This document shows, one piece after another, positions 13,860 through 27,562 of a stretch of 64,000 nt of DNA. The notes beneath the pieces are model-generated. The model was given only the letters and a program-made list of their open reading frames with translations. It did not search any database and was not told the DNA's origin. Every line of letters begins with the position of its first letter. The first letter of the stretch is position 1. Source of the stretch: Nageia nagi (Eukaryota; Plantae; Pinophyta). Both the position numbers and the translations under genes were made by a program. The stretch is from NCBI GenBank assembly GCA_050084985.1, contig JBITNC010000001.1, forward strand, positions 199,454,001-199,518,000, in the 5' to 3' direction.

Positions 13860-16800
13860 GCATGTCTATTGTGCTTCAGTATTTAAAATATCGGTAGGCA
13901 TATGTGAGGAAATTGATCAAATCTATAATAGATTCCTTTGGATAGGAATGGAGGAGAAAAAGAGAATTACCCAAGTGAGTTGGATTAAAGTTTGCAAGCC
14001 GAAGTCGCAAGGAGGACTTGGACTCCATAGTTTGTGTAAATTTAATATAGCACTACGGGCGAAGTTGGCATGGAAGGTGAGCACATAGGAGGAGAGAAAA
14101 TGGGTAAATATATGCTAGAAAAAATACTTGAAGGAAGGATCAAACTTCATTTAGATAGACTTCAATAGGCAAGGATCAGCTTTCTGGAAGGGCATGTCCA
14201 AAATCATGCACTTCTTGAAGGAGAATGTTTCTTGGAGCATTGGCAATGGCCAAGATGTAGAGTTTTGGGAAGATGAATGGATTGGTGGCCAGCCATTCAT
14301 ACAAATTCCAAACCTAACTGATTTAGTCAGATGGGGCAGAAACAATGTGGATTGGAAAGCCCAATGCTATATGGATGATAGCAATAGGCAGAGAGTTTGG
14401 AGGATGCTTCGTCCCCCAAGACAGGATCTAGCCATTGCTGTGGAAATGGTCAACAATATGTTAGTCTCAACACCTTTACCTCTGGACTATGGGATGAACA
14501 TCCCTAGATGGAAACCAGGAAAAGGAGGTTTGTATTAAGTAAAGTCTGGCTACCTTGGCCTCCTGGAGGTAGATGCATACGAATTTCCTGTCAAGAAAGT
14601 ATGGTTAAAAGGTGTTACTCCTGAGGTAACCCATTTCCTATGGCTAGTCTTTAGGAAACGAATCTCTACTATTGATAACATAAAGAAGAGAGGACCAATC
14701 TTTGTCAATAGATGCACTATGTGTTACAAAGCGGAAGAATCAATTGATCATCTATACCAATTTTGCCCTTTCACTTAGGAAGTCTGGAGTGGAATCCTGG
14801 GGAAGAAGAGATTGGAGCTTGGCATTAATATCATTGAGTTAATTTCTAAATTGCCTCCAAATGTTCCATGTAAAGAGGAAAAACGAAGATGGGCCATGAT
14901 ACTCCCCCATATGCTCTAGGAAATCTGGAAGGAAAGAAATAGGTGAATATTTCAATAAAAAATGATGATAATGGAAAGATTGATAAGAAAAATCCATTGT
15001 ATGGTGGATGAGAACTGGAAGCTTATTTGTAAAGATGAAGAGCATGATTTAGATATAGATAGGGTAGGTGGGGAAGCAAGACACTCACATGATGGGTATG
15101 AATGAAAGAAGGAAACCTCGGAGGAGAGCTTGTGTGGAAGTGACATGCCCTCTCTTCATACAAAAGCCACAGATTGAGAGGAGGTTTTCCATTGATCATG
15201 AGGACAGGTGGAGTGCCTAGATTTGGAATCTAGGTTGGCAACACGGATTTTACTTATTAGATAGGAGCACTTATAGCCACTCTACATTCTAGTTGCATGC
15301 AGAAAGGATGATAGGATAGAAGTGTCTAGAACCAGTTATAAGAGAAGAAATCATGAGGGACCAAGCAGTCTAGCGAATTTTATGCAATGGGGGTATAGAT
15401 GGATTCGTGGACACCCTAAATGGCCATAATCCCAAATAGTCAAGAAAGGTAGTAGATTCGTGGAATGGAAGAAGTGTCATGGTTGACGGATGATGCTTTT
15501 CAATCAGCCTTGAACTGATTGAAGCAGCTACGGGGATGGCCAATTCAGGTTGCAAGTATAATAGAGAAATGAGGACTCTAGTATCTGAAGTGCAGACATT
15601 CTACGGGCAAAGGGTTCCTCTTTTGAAGATAAGGACATCAGCCTACCCAATTGCATCTACTCGACATCCCTAGAATAAGGTGGCGAAAATCATTAAGAAA
15701 CTATTCACCATGGAAGGTAGATACACTGAACTATTTGGGGTTTACTTTGTTTCATTAAATCATTTTAAAGGAACGTATAGGATCGATCTCCCATACTTTT
15801 GTATAATTCAATGGATGCATATATTAGAAAGCATAGTTGAGCAATGCCAATTCACCAAGGATTAATCAAAATCCTGGTGGATTTTGAGCGCTTGGGGGCG
15901 AAAAGGGTGAGGCCCCTATTTCAACAGGTTCCTAAACCTCCTTCGGTAGACCCAGATCCCACAAATTCCTCTAGTAGTGGCTCTCAACTAAGATTTCCCC
16001 AAACCGAGGAGTCTATCACCTCTCCGATTATTATGGTCTCTTCAGACTCGGAGGACTCAGTATTGGATGTTGGTGAGAATGAAGCTATGTCTAGAAGGAG
16101 GGGTAAGTTGGTGGTAGACCCTGAAGAGGATGAAGAATTGGAAGAAGAGATGGAAGAAGATGAGATGGAGGTTGAATAAGTGAAGAAAGAAGAATTGATG
16201 GAACCGCTTGATGCTACGGGTACGGAGGAGAACTCCCCTGAGGTACCCCCAAGTTAGGCGACAATAGAAGTGTCAAAAGAGCTCTGGGACCCTTCAGAAG
16301 AACTCGATGACATGCAATGATCACCCTCATAAGTTGGATATAAGGATATGGATGTTAATTCCCCTATAGGAAACCAAAGTTGGATGAATTAGGAGGAGGT
16401 GGTGGATCTTCAGCTACACCCAGAGGAACAAATTCGGACAGGATCCTACTAGTCCCAGTAAGTTACAAACGTTCATTCATAAAATGAGATTCAAGAAGGT
16501 CTACAGGAAACTTAGACACTTTACAGAATGGGGATGAATTGGAAGGAGAGGAAAAGAATGGAGGAATGTTTGTTTAGTCAAAAGGGAAATGAAGGCTATT
16601 AATACCCGTGGTACAACAAACAGAAGCTTGGTAGGGATAGATGGAAGGTGAATCTGGCTTCCCATCAGAAAGAAATCCCCATGGCCATCCCAATCCCAAA
16701 TTCAGAAGGACCAATGGATTTGGAGATGGAATTTCTTTGGGACTGCTTCAATAAGAAAGACTCAACCTTTGAAGTTAATTGGAGCTTAGTAGTGCAGCCG

Positions 16801-17012
16801 GTACATGGTTGGTACGATCAGGAGCCAACAAAGAAAGATGATAGCCCGTAGCCCATAGCTTTTTGTTTAACTATGGGAAAACTTTGTGATAGCTTTTTGA
16901 CTCAAATGTAACTCTGCAGAATATCTATATCATCATGTATATGTAGGTTTTGGGGCCCTATTTTTTGGAAAACCTGATTTAAAAATTGTTTTACCCTTAC
17001 CCCAAAAAAAAA
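13860..17012 (+). mobile_element. 5'-truncated L1-type LINE inserted in the LTR of element B
   Basis: Plant L1 ORF2 C-terminal motifs: FLW...VSWIKVCKPKSQGGLGL, IGNGQDVEFWEDEW, and zf-RVT NRCTMCYKAEESIDHL (~14705-14770). Poly(A) at 17004-17012. Near-identical TSD AAAATACTCCTAAAATC (13843-13859) / AAAATTACTCCTAAAAATC (17009-17027). Confidence 0.9.
15370..16851 (+). pseudogene. Decayed extra ORF in the L1 3' region (unknown transposon-type protein with an acidic tract)
   Basis: ORF pieces 15680-15865 (FTMEGRY...SLNHFKGTYRIDLPYF), 15844-16179 (PIHQGLIKILVDF, Glu-rich) and 16648-16851, all lying between ORF2 and the poly(A) tail. Confidence 0.6.
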
Positions 17013-18941
17013 TTACTCCTAAAAATCACTTAAGAGGTGGATGACCTCCTTCAAAGTGACAAAATTCAAATATTGTATCACAAGAATAGGATGCTCAAAA
17101 TGGGTACGTTACAAGTCCGCCCTTCCCAAATTGCTTGTCCTCAAGCAATTAAGAGTCGAATGTGTAAGAATTTCAAACGTAGGCAAGTCCTTCCACTTCA
17201 CCGAATGTTCTTTGACAATTTTGTATCTCTACCTCCTCTCCCTTGTCTCCAAGATAGCCTCGGGTAGTAGAATCAACTTCCCTTCATCATCAAGTGGAGG
17301 AAAATCCGAGGATGGTAGTACATGTTGTCCAAGGGACCTTTTTAAACAAGAAACATGGAATATGTTGTGGATCTTGCTCAAAACGACAACTCAAACTCAT
17401 AAGCCACCTTTCCCACCTTGCGCAAGACCTTGTAGGGACCAAAAAATTGTGGCTTAAGCTTCTTTGCTACCTTCTTCAATGTGGACAATCTATATGAAGG
17501 CACCCTCAAATAAACCAAATCTCCCTCCTCAAAGGTGTGTTCAATCCTATGCTGGTCAATACTTTTTGTATTGATTTTGGGCAAGTTGTATATTCACGCT
17601 CAATGCTCTTATGATTTCTTGGCTATCCTGCAAAAAATCTTTGGCCTTGGGAGCCTTTCTATCACCAAAAATCATGTCGACAAAACTTGGAGCCTCATAA
17701 CCGTACAATGCCATAAAAGGGGACATCTTGATGGATGAGTGATATGAAGAATTGTAACAAAACTCTCCTAAGTGCAGCCATTTTACCCATGCATGTTGCT
17801 ATCCTAAAACATAAATCCTTAAGTATCCTTCCAACCATTTGTTTACCAATTCTGTTTGTCCATCTATTTGTGGGTGATAGCTAGTGGTTGGCATCAAGTT
17901 TGTCCCACTAAATTTGAACAACTCTTGCTAAAACATGCTCATGAATTTGCTAACTCTATCACTCAAAATTTGCTTTGGCGGCCCATGAAGTCTAAATACG
18001 TCTTTGAAGAATAGTTCATCCAATTGCATGGATGTGTATGAGATTGAAATGGAAAATAAATGAGCAAACTTTTTCCATGTGTCCACTACAAAAAAAATGC
18101 AATCTTTACCTTGTGTCTTGGGCAACCCAGTGATAAAATCTATGGAAATACTCTCCCACTTTTGTTTCAAAATGGGTAAAGGTTGCAACAATCCAGTAGG
18201 ATATATATTTTCAATCTTATTTTCTTGGCATGTTTCACATTCCTTTACATGCCTCAAGACATCTCCTTTCATCCCCTTCCATGTAAATCTCTCCCTCAAC
18301 ATCCTATATGTCTTGACAAATCCTAGATGGACAATCAATGGTGTGGCGTGCATGCCTATGATTAACTTTCCTTTTATCTTTGATTCCGGAAAAAGATAAA
18401 TTTTGTTCTTGTACAAAATCAGCCCCTCCTTAATTCTGAACTTGTCATCTTTTGTGTGTCCTTCAAGAAGGTTAGTGGCAAAAACATTCTTTGCATATTC
18501 AACCATAATGGAAGCTTTCCAATTAGCAGAAATAATGGAAATAGAAAGGAAAGAAGGGGTGCAAAAAAGTGTATCAACAACTATGTTTTTCTTACTCTTG
18601 ACAAACTCAATCTCACAATCATAAAATTACAATTTACTCACCCACTTCTACTGCCTATTATTCATATCTTGTTGTCCCAGAAAACATTTTAAGATGTTAT
18701 AAGATTTTACAACAAACTTGCCACGTACTAGATATTGTTTGAACTTGGCCACAACATGTATCATATCCAACATTTCTTTATCATATATGTTGAACATCCT
18801 CTTTGTAGGGTTGAGTTTCCTACATTCATATGCAATGGGTCTTCCTTGTTACATAAGTACAACCCCAATTCCAAAACCAAAAGCATCACACTCCACTGTA
18901 AAATACATAGGAAAATCAGGAATGGCTAAACAAAGGCAAGA

Positions 18942-20111
18942 TGTAATGTATCCTTCTAATCGTTATACAATTTCTCAATACAATTTCGCATTCATTCATC
19001 AATTAGGGTACAATAGTAAATGCTCATTCATCATCCAAACTTGTACTCAAAACTGAATTATAACAACAGTAACCAAATCTGAAATAAAGCTCATACAACA
19101 TGTGAAAATGATCAAACTAGGGCACAACTTCAGATCTGTAATGTAACAGAAATATAGCTCCAAAATACTCTAATCCACATACATTCCCATGCACAACGAA
19201 TGATAACAGCATAGCAAAAATAAAGGAACATTCATCCACATTCGAAGAGCAATATGAGAGCCAAATAATATGAATAATAACCAAGAATAAGTATAGGGTT
19301 CTAACAAGCCTATAACAAGTTCTAAGGCAAAGCCCAAAACTTCAAATATGCTCAACCAAGATTTCCAAAGGTTGGTGCAAGACCCAAGATGGCTTCCAAG
19401 GCTGGCACAAATCTCAAGATGGCTCCAAGATCCTAGCACTAGGGCTAGAAGGCTCTCCAAGGTTGGTGTAAGCTCTCCAAGTGAGTGTAAATGTGAATTG
19501 ATCACTTCTAGGCTAGAAAGTAGCCCTAGTCCTTAGAAGGAAGAGAAGGGAGCAACCGCAACTCCGATATGATCCGAGATCAAATGCAAAACTGATGATG
19601 TCTTCAAATGAAGTGCTCACTTTCCTTTTATAGTGATCTAGGAGAAGTCCAATTATAATTTATGGTTGAATGACCCAACCTAGAAATATAAATAACTCTT
19701 AATTGACAAATGACTTCTCCTAAGCTAGACATTGGGCAATTAAGGAATAATATATTTCCTTATTACAAAACATGGCCCACATTTATCATAAAATAACAGA
19801 GACTCCAAATCTAAATAGAATTCACTCCTAATACCCCTCATAGGGTCAGACTATTTATTTTAAGTTTCACAAATGAAACTAAATACAATATTAATAAAGT
19901 GAGTCCTGCATGCATGATAGTAGAAACTAGCTTCGGGTGTGAATCTTCAAAAGTTTGTATCTCCCTCATTTCTTGGTAGAGCCATGTCATGTGGCATTTC
20001 AAAACAATTGGCATGAGATTCTCTATCCATTTCAAAAGACAAATCGATGATCCATGGATTGTGACAAAAGTTATGCCTTCAACAAGGTTTCTTAAAATTG
20101 GGGACATTACA
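18942..20111 (-). mobile_element. Solo LTR (1,170 bp, different family) inserted in the RT-RNase H linker of element B
   Basis: 8-bp terminal inverted repeat TGTAATGT...ACATTACA and perfect TSD CAAGA (18937-18941 / 20112-20116). Minus-strand TATA near 19630. Confidence 0.9.
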
Positions 20112-21610
20112 CAAGAGCGCATTACATGTTTCTACTTCTCAAAGGCTTCTTGGTCTATTTCACTCCATGAGAAAGCTCCTTTCTTGGTCAAATCCGTCAA
20201 AGGGGCTTCCAACTAAGACAATCCACAGATGAATCTTTTATAATAGCTACATAACCTAAAAAATCCCCTCAATTAAATCAAGGAGGTGAGAACTGACCAA
20301 TCTTGAATTGCAACTATTTTTTGCTTATCCACTTGAATGGCATGGTGACTAATCACATGCCCCTAATACAAGATCTTGGACATTCCAATTTCACATTTAG
20401 ATTTCTTGGCATAAAGTTGTTGGTGCTATAAAATACCTAGGAAAAAATCCAAATGCCTCAAGTGATCCTCCCAAGAACGGTTGTAGACAAGAATATTATC
20501 AAAAAATACCAATACATAGTCCCTCAATTGTTCTTTGAAAATCTGATTCATGGAAGATTGAAATGTGGTAGTGGCTTGGTTAAGCCAAAAGGCATGACCA
20601 AAAACTCAAAGTGGCCAAAGTGACATCTAAAGGCCGTCTTGTGAATATCCTCCTCTCTCATGTGGATCTGATGGTATTCAGATCTCAAATCTATTTTGGA
20701 GAAATACTTGGCACCATGGAGCTCATCTATAAGTTCATCCACCCTAAGGATAGGGTATCTATTTTTATGGTCTTTTTATTCAACACCCTATAGTCTATAT
20801 ACATCCTCAATGAGTCATCTTTTTTGACCAAAACTACAAAGGAGGCAAAAGGAAGCCCATGTTAAGGAGTTCCTTAATTGTCTTTCCAATTTCTTCTTTA
20901 TACATACGAGGCTGCCTATAAGGAGTGATCATGACAGGTTTAGATCCCAACTCTAACTCAATGATATGCTCAAAACCCTTATTCGATGGCAACCCCTTAC
21001 GCATATCTCCAAAAACATCACTATGCCTAGTAAGGATGGTTTGAATATCATCATGAAAAGGAGTTTCTATCTTGAGTGAGGACGTGGGCATACCTTTGAC
21101 CATGAGAAACATGCTCCCCAAATGATGTCCTTTTTTTCAATATATTCTCCATTCTACTAGTCATCACAAGCTAAGGACGGTGTGCCTTGATCTCCCTCAA
21201 GATGACCTCATCAGTTCATCCCATGTGTGCATGCCCTAAATTTTGCTTTTTCCTTATGTTCCTCCTCCATTCTTTGTTCATTAAGGTTGGTAGGTCTCCT
21301 TGGATGTGGGATGAATTTTCTCCTGATGGGAAGAACCTTCTTGTGAAGATCCAAGCGATCTGATTGTAGCCGATTTTGCCTTGAGCATTGAAGGATCCAA
21401 AACTAATGCTCTCTTGATAGTTCTTGCAAGGAAGTAGGAGAAAATACCTTCATCATACTCCTCAATGGCTCCATCAACCCTCCATGAACAAAAAAGCCAC
21501 TTTTTTTTAGAAAATTAAGTACCATAACATAAATTTGTCAGAACTCCAAAATATAGGTCTCAATTGTGCTCCTTGTTGGAATGTATAATGCATTATTGAA
21601 AGGTTCTTTT

Positions 21611-22078
21611 TGTAAATTCCCTAATACATAAAGGTATCTCTAGATACCTTAAGTATTTAAGTGAATATGATAATGTAACTTGTTCCACACTCCTTCTCAT
21701 GTGCATGCCCTTTGGGTAAAAGGGTGAAGCATGTCATATCTTTGTACAATGGTTAAAAGGGTGATCCAAGGGAGGATTTTGGCCTATAAATAGAAGGCCC
21801 TCTCCTTGAGATCACACATCAAAAGTTGAAGAAAAGTTATGCTCTAGGATTAGTGTTACGAGAGGAAGAAAGAGTTATTGTAAGAGAGTTGTCTTTGTGA
21901 ATGAGTAAAATCTTAGTTAGTGGATGTACTCCCATGGTTGGAGGAACCACTTTACATTGGTGTTAATTTGTGAGATTGTCTATGCTTTGAGTATTGATGT
22001 TTAAGTGAGCTTTCATATAATCGTGAGTATATAGGAATTGGATCTTTTAGTCTTAATTCCATCATTTGGTATCAAAGC
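21611..22078 (+). mobile_element. Short LTR fragment plus PBS (unrelated element)
   Basis: CCTATAAATAG at ~21783. Ends ...CCATCA at 22064, followed by PBS TGGTATCAAAGC at 22067-22078. The left boundary is uncertain. Confidence 0.55.
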
Positions 22079-23379
22079 TTGTTGTGAAGGCTTCTCCTCA
22101 ACATTGCTTTAAAGGATCATCCCACTCCTATCTTCTTTGGTGAGGTAAAAAAGTTTGTGAAGGTATGACCTCCTACATTTGTTTTTAATTTTTAACTATA
22201 ATACTAACATTTTTTGTTATGTCTATGTTAGTTCAATTTCTTAGCAATTGCTTCAAATAACATAATATATTGTTGCTTTATTTTTTTTGTCCTACTAACA
22301 AATATTATGTTAGTAATTATAATTTTTTTTTATACAAAAAAAAAATTAAGAGCAATAATATATTATGATAGCAAAACTTTAAAAAAAATTGCATTTTTTT
22401 TTGGTGGGGTGAGTAAAATAAGGATGGGAGCTTCATTTGTTATAAAAAGGATTTTTGCAATATTAAAATATATTTTTTCTTTACAAATTGTAAACAAATA
22501 AGGTAGAGAAAATTTTACTTGCTATATTAGCTCTAAATAAAAAAAGATGAGAAACAATTTTTTATTGCAATGGGAGGGAGCTTTATTTTTTTTACAAAAT
22601 TTGTTCAATATAAATATTAAGGGGGGAACATTTATAATTTTTTACCATTATGATTAAAATAGATCAAATATCAATAAGGGGGGGCCTTATTTGTTTTTGA
22701 GGGGCAATTTTTTTTGGTTTCCAACATGCGCTTCACTTTCCACCATTACAGCCCCTAGTGCATCTCCTACGCTGCTCCACTCTCCTTCAATTGCAATACC
22801 AAAAACTATGTCTATATCATACCATGAGGCCCCGCCCTTGGCCTAGCTTGACCTCTGCTTGTCCTGACTGCTGACCCCCACTCCACCACTCCTTCCCAGC
22901 ATCCTCATGCATGCAAAGCCTCTTTGAGGTGTCCCTCATTGGAGAGTCACACTCCTCACCTCAGCTGCTCCCGCTTCTTGTACCTTTGGTTTGCAAAACC
23001 CCCCCTCATTGCGGTCTCTGTTTTTAATCCTATGGAATCTATAAAGTTGTGTCTGCAATCATTAACAAAGGTAGAAATAATTTATATGGTTGTCGCCAAA
23101 CCAACGCTCCTCGACATAGCCTCGGGGAGCCCACGACCCCCATCTAGGTTGCTCGCAACCCCTTAGGGCATGGACCCTCCTTCCCCTTCGATGTACTCGC
23201 ATGCTTGCCTCATGCCACCCTGCTCGACCATGTGCTCCATCCGCCTCTGTGTGCCCCTTCCCCCACATGACTTGAGCAATCCAACCCCTCTCTCATGCGG
23301 CTTGGTTCCCCTATTGCGCTAATCTCCCTCCAAATCTTGCAACACCCCTTACACAACCCCAACCTCCCACCTTCCCTAG

Positions 23380-24561
23380 TGTGAGAATCCAAAATGGACC
23401 TCAAACCAAATATCAATAACTCAATAAACAAATGCAAAAACTAGGGTTCCCAACACCCACAACAATACTTCCAAAACACCAACGATGGGCCTATAGGGCA
23501 CCAAATACACATACAATGCTGATGTCAGCCATCCAAGGCTTCCAAATACACTACACACCCAACAAATACTCACAATGATGATTATACAAGTCTACAACAT
23601 CAATGATGGCTACAATATGGAAAACCAATATAAACAAATGCCACAAACACACATGAACAATACAATACTAAGATTTAATGCCCAATAGCCTGTATTATGA
23701 TATGAGATGAAATACAATACAAACCCTAGCTCTCAGAGCTGAACGTTGGCCTACAAGGAGCCAATTAGGGCATAACAATATGAGACCATCACTAAAATGC
23801 TGCCGAACCATGGGATAGATGCACTCCCTCAGACTTTGAATTCTCTCCACTAAAGGAACCCTCGAATCATGGATATCCACTGAAGGAAAAAGTGTATCCT
23901 CGGAATGCCCCCAGATGGGCTTGGTGACCCACCAAAGCCTTAGATAGTTAGGATCCCAACGCCAGCCTACCCTTTAGACGACCGCCTAGGAAGAGTTGCT
24001 TAGCACTACTAAGACTTGTTGCTTGAAGGTCTAGTATAAGTGTATAATAATCAAGTAGTGTTCAATAATGAGCCTCATATGTCTATTTATACCTTTCTAA
24101 TGTTCAAAACTTGCCTCGAAATCATTCCAAGCCCTTCTATTCCAATGCTGGGTATTTGAGGGGGCCCAAATCACTAAAGTGCCAAAGTGGGGGTCATAGC
24201 CATGTAATATGCCAACATGGGGGTCATGACCATATTAATGCCAACGTGGGGTCCTAGAGCTCTCATGGGCTAACGTGGGGGTGTGGGGATCTCCCCAAGC
24301 TAGCGCTAGCATCCTAATGGCCATCTAGCATGATAAAGTACACATCTACCTTGGGATTCTCACAATTTGGGATCTCCAATATAAAACATGCTTATTCTAC
24401 TATTTAGGAGGGAGATGTCCCACTTGGGGCTCACAGTGGGGTCCACAAGACCCATAAAACTCCTATCCTGAGTTTGGAATGAAGTACATGAAAACACACT
24501 AAGTAAATATAGTACAAGATGACCTAATGGGTCCCATTACATATCCGAGGGGGATGTCACA
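23380..24561 (-). mobile_element. Solo LTR (1,182 bp, 1.2-kb family)
   Basis: TGTGAGAATCC...GGATGTCACA termini, homologous to the A/C/F LTRs. Flanks CCTAG/CCCAC match only 3/5. Confidence 0.85.
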
Positions 24562-25959
24562 CCCACGCATTTTTTTTTAAAGTCCATTTTTGTTGTTGTT
24601 TTTGTTTAACTTGCAATGCAATGTTTTATTTGCTTACAAGGCTATACCTCATCACCTACCCACCACGTACACTTTAATGTGTTTAGAGTGGAGTATGGGA
24701 CTCCTCTTTGGTTTAATTTCTTGTTGATAGATGGTAGATGGGGGTTGTAAATAATGTACTTGGACTTGGACTTGGAGGAATAATTTTTTTTAAACTAAAG
24801 AGGAATTTTTAAAGGGAGAGGCCTTTCCTTAGATTATCATTTAAAATAAGTTGTAAAATTTATTTAACCTTTGTTAATATAATACGTGATTATTGTTAAA
24901 ACAATTTTAAAGTTTTAAGGATATTTAACTTTTAGAGTTATTTTTTGGGAAGTTATGTGTTTCTTTTTTGGCAAGTAATTAAAGGGAACTTTTTTCTCTA
25001 TCTTAAGTTAAAAAGGGGAATAGTTTTTATCTTAAAAGAGGGGAGAAAATTTCACTAGCAATTTTTTTTCCCTAAGTGTTAAAAAGAGTGGAATTATTAT
25101 TTACTTCCCTTAGTGCTAAAATCTTTTCTAAAGAAAAATTGTAAATTTTTTTTACCTAAGTGCCTTGGGATGAATGATTGCTTGCTTGGGTAAAAATGTG
25201 GCAATTTTTTTTCTCAAGTGGTAAAATTGCAAATAAGGAAATTTTTAAGTACATGATTAGTGAAAGGGATTTTTTCAAGGTTCAATTTTTTTTTTAAGTA
25301 AAAGGAGGAGATTTTTTGTTGTTACTTAAAATAATCAACCCATGCAAATTTTTGTAAAGAAATCCTCTTGGGGTTGTGACAAAACCTATTGGACACTCTC
25401 AAGGTTTCAAATTTGGATGATGTATCATTTTTTTATGCACTTTACTTTGTGTTATGCACCTTTGCTTTATTTTTGCAAAATCGCAAACATTGAAAGTGCA
25501 CCCCCTAAAATGAACACATCCACACATTTATTCCACAACATGACTTGTTTGGGGAGCCACAAGGGGAGGACAAGGTAGATTGGAGCCTTAAATTTGATGA
25601 TTCAAATGATGTATAGTCTGTACTTCTTAATTGCCTCTAAGTCCTTTGTTGGTTTGGACATAACTCTATATAGGTGGACAAGCATGTGTGTAGTGATACC
25701 ACATGTCCGTACATCCATTCAGTGATTATCTAGATAACCAAGGAGGAAAACTTGAAACCTGTTGTGCCTACACAACACCCCCCCAAAAGTTTTTTGCATT
25801 TTGAGGACCCTCAGGGAAATAAAAGAGGGATTGCATGAAAAGTTTGTCAAAGAAGATGCACATCCTTCAATCTAGTCTCGGGAATATGTTTAGATTGCAT
25901 TTTCATGGTAAGTTGAAGTCAAAATCATGCATTTTTCAGCATGTCGTATGTTTTTCAAT

Positions 25960-27520
25960 GAGTGCTTTTGCACCTCTCTCAAACCGTGCGACTAGTCAGC
26001 CTTCTCTGTTTTTATCGTTTGCATGTTTACATTTGAAGGCATCTTGAAGACCACCATGTGGTAGGAACCTCATTTACATCTCATATGTCATTTTTTTGGT
26101 CGAAAATGCAAAGGAAAACTCTCATTTTCAGCTTGTCGCATGTTTTTGAGGGAGTGCTTTTGCACCCTCCAGGGAAGGTGCGACCAGGTTGAACATCATC
26201 TCATAGTTAGCATTTTTTTTGTTGCATTCAATTGTTGTATGTATTTTGTGAAGTCCTTTTGTACCTCTCCAAAAGGGTGCAACCAACAACTTAGCATTTT
26301 TCTTGCTGTCCCATGCTGTGAGATGAGTCCTTTTTGCATTCCTTCAAAATAGTGCAACAAACAACTTCATACTTAGCATATTTTTGGCCATTGTACATTT
26401 TGGAGTGAGTCCTTTTGCACTCATTGGAATCAGTGCGACCAGGGAGATTCTATACTTAGTAGATTTTTGGAGCCCAAAGGCTATCACATGCATTATGAAG
26501 AGTCCTTTTGCACCCCTTCAAAAGGGTAAGACCAAGGTGAAGGACACTTAGTCATTTTTTTGAGCATCAAAGGTTGTCGCAAGGATTTTGATGAGTCCTT
26601 TTGCACTCATCCAAAACCATGCGACTAGAATGGAGAGAAGAAAATTAGCTAAGTGCTGAATTTCATTGACAAGTGGAAGCTCATGCATTGGACCTTCATC
26701 TACACCTATCCTATAGTGACACGTGTCCCAGCCAGAGGGCTATAAAAGGGAAGTCATCCCCCTTACTTCTTGGACATGTGACCAAGGACCACTTGCACTT
26801 TTTTCAAAGTTTTTTAGATCCCAGGCCTTGGGAAGCATGCCCAGCCAGGTGCAAGGATTAAGATAAGTGCTTTGGGAACCCATCCAAAAGGGTGCGACTA
26901 GGGACTAAGGCTTCGAACTAAGTTTGGAATTTGACTAAGTCATCCCCTTTCCTAGTTGCATCATTTTGATCCTGTCCTTTTGCACTCCTCAGGAAACATG
27001 CGACCTTGTTGTGGGCCTTCTATTTGACCCTTAAATGGACCAATAAGAAAGTGACACCTGGTATTTACATAAACCTATAAATATCCCACCCCCTTGAGCA
27101 TTTCAAACATGCCATTTCAGAATCACTCCATTTCCCAGTCGCACCATTTCTCATGCATGCTTATACACTCATTCCTAGATGTGTGACCAAGGAGGAAATA
27201 GATTGAGGAATGTTGCATACTCCATCTTAGAGCTTAGTCGTACCATTTTTCATGCATGATTACGCACTCACTCTAAAAAGTGCGACCAATGGAGAAGAAA
27301 GGTTTCGAGGCATTGCATTGGACTAAGGCATTTCAGTTCACCCCTAGGACCTAGTCGCATACTTTCAAGGAAGTGCCCAAGGCACTCATCGAAAACCATG
27401 CACCCAGATTTGGAGTGAAGAATTGTGTTAAAAAAAAATTTGGCTAACTGACCCTAGACCCAGTCGCACACTTTTCAAGTTGTGCTTTTGCACTCATCCA
27501 AAATTGTACGCCTAGATTGG
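25960..27520 (+). repeat. Array of ~12 TTTTGCAC-N~14-GTGCGAC(C/T)A mini-palindromic motifs in element E
   Basis: Copies near 25965, 26156, 26255, 26330, 26411, 26504, 26597, 26870, 26976, 27260, 27381 and 27486. Confidence 0.75.
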
Positions 27521-27562
27521 TTAGACATCTGGAATTAAGAGGGGAGTTGAGTGGAATTCTTC

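Larger units (their letters stand above)
12938..21600 (-). mobile_element. Element B: 5'-truncated decayed Ty3/gypsy chromovirus (3' LTR, chromodomain-like tail, INT, RH, RT, gag remnant)
   Basis: 3' LTR 12938-17113 (TGTAAC...GTTACA, interrupted by L1), PPT directly after 17113. Integrase ORFs 17378-17584 (FFGPYKV) and 17928-18506 (zinc-finger-type region, WESISIDFITGLP). RT 20548-20742 ([13 protein letters not shown]) with FFDNILVY in place of YxDD. gag remnant ~21400-21600. No 5' LTR found. Confidence 0.88.

Noticed and set aside
22730-23379. GC-rich island with short ORFs as a hidden host exon
   Set aside because: No ALKBH similarity or convincing splice sites, and the flanking exons already join in phase and colinearly.
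25960-27520. CRISPR-like array
   Set aside because: The context is a eukaryotic TE, the repeats are degenerate, the spacing is irregular and there are no cas genes.
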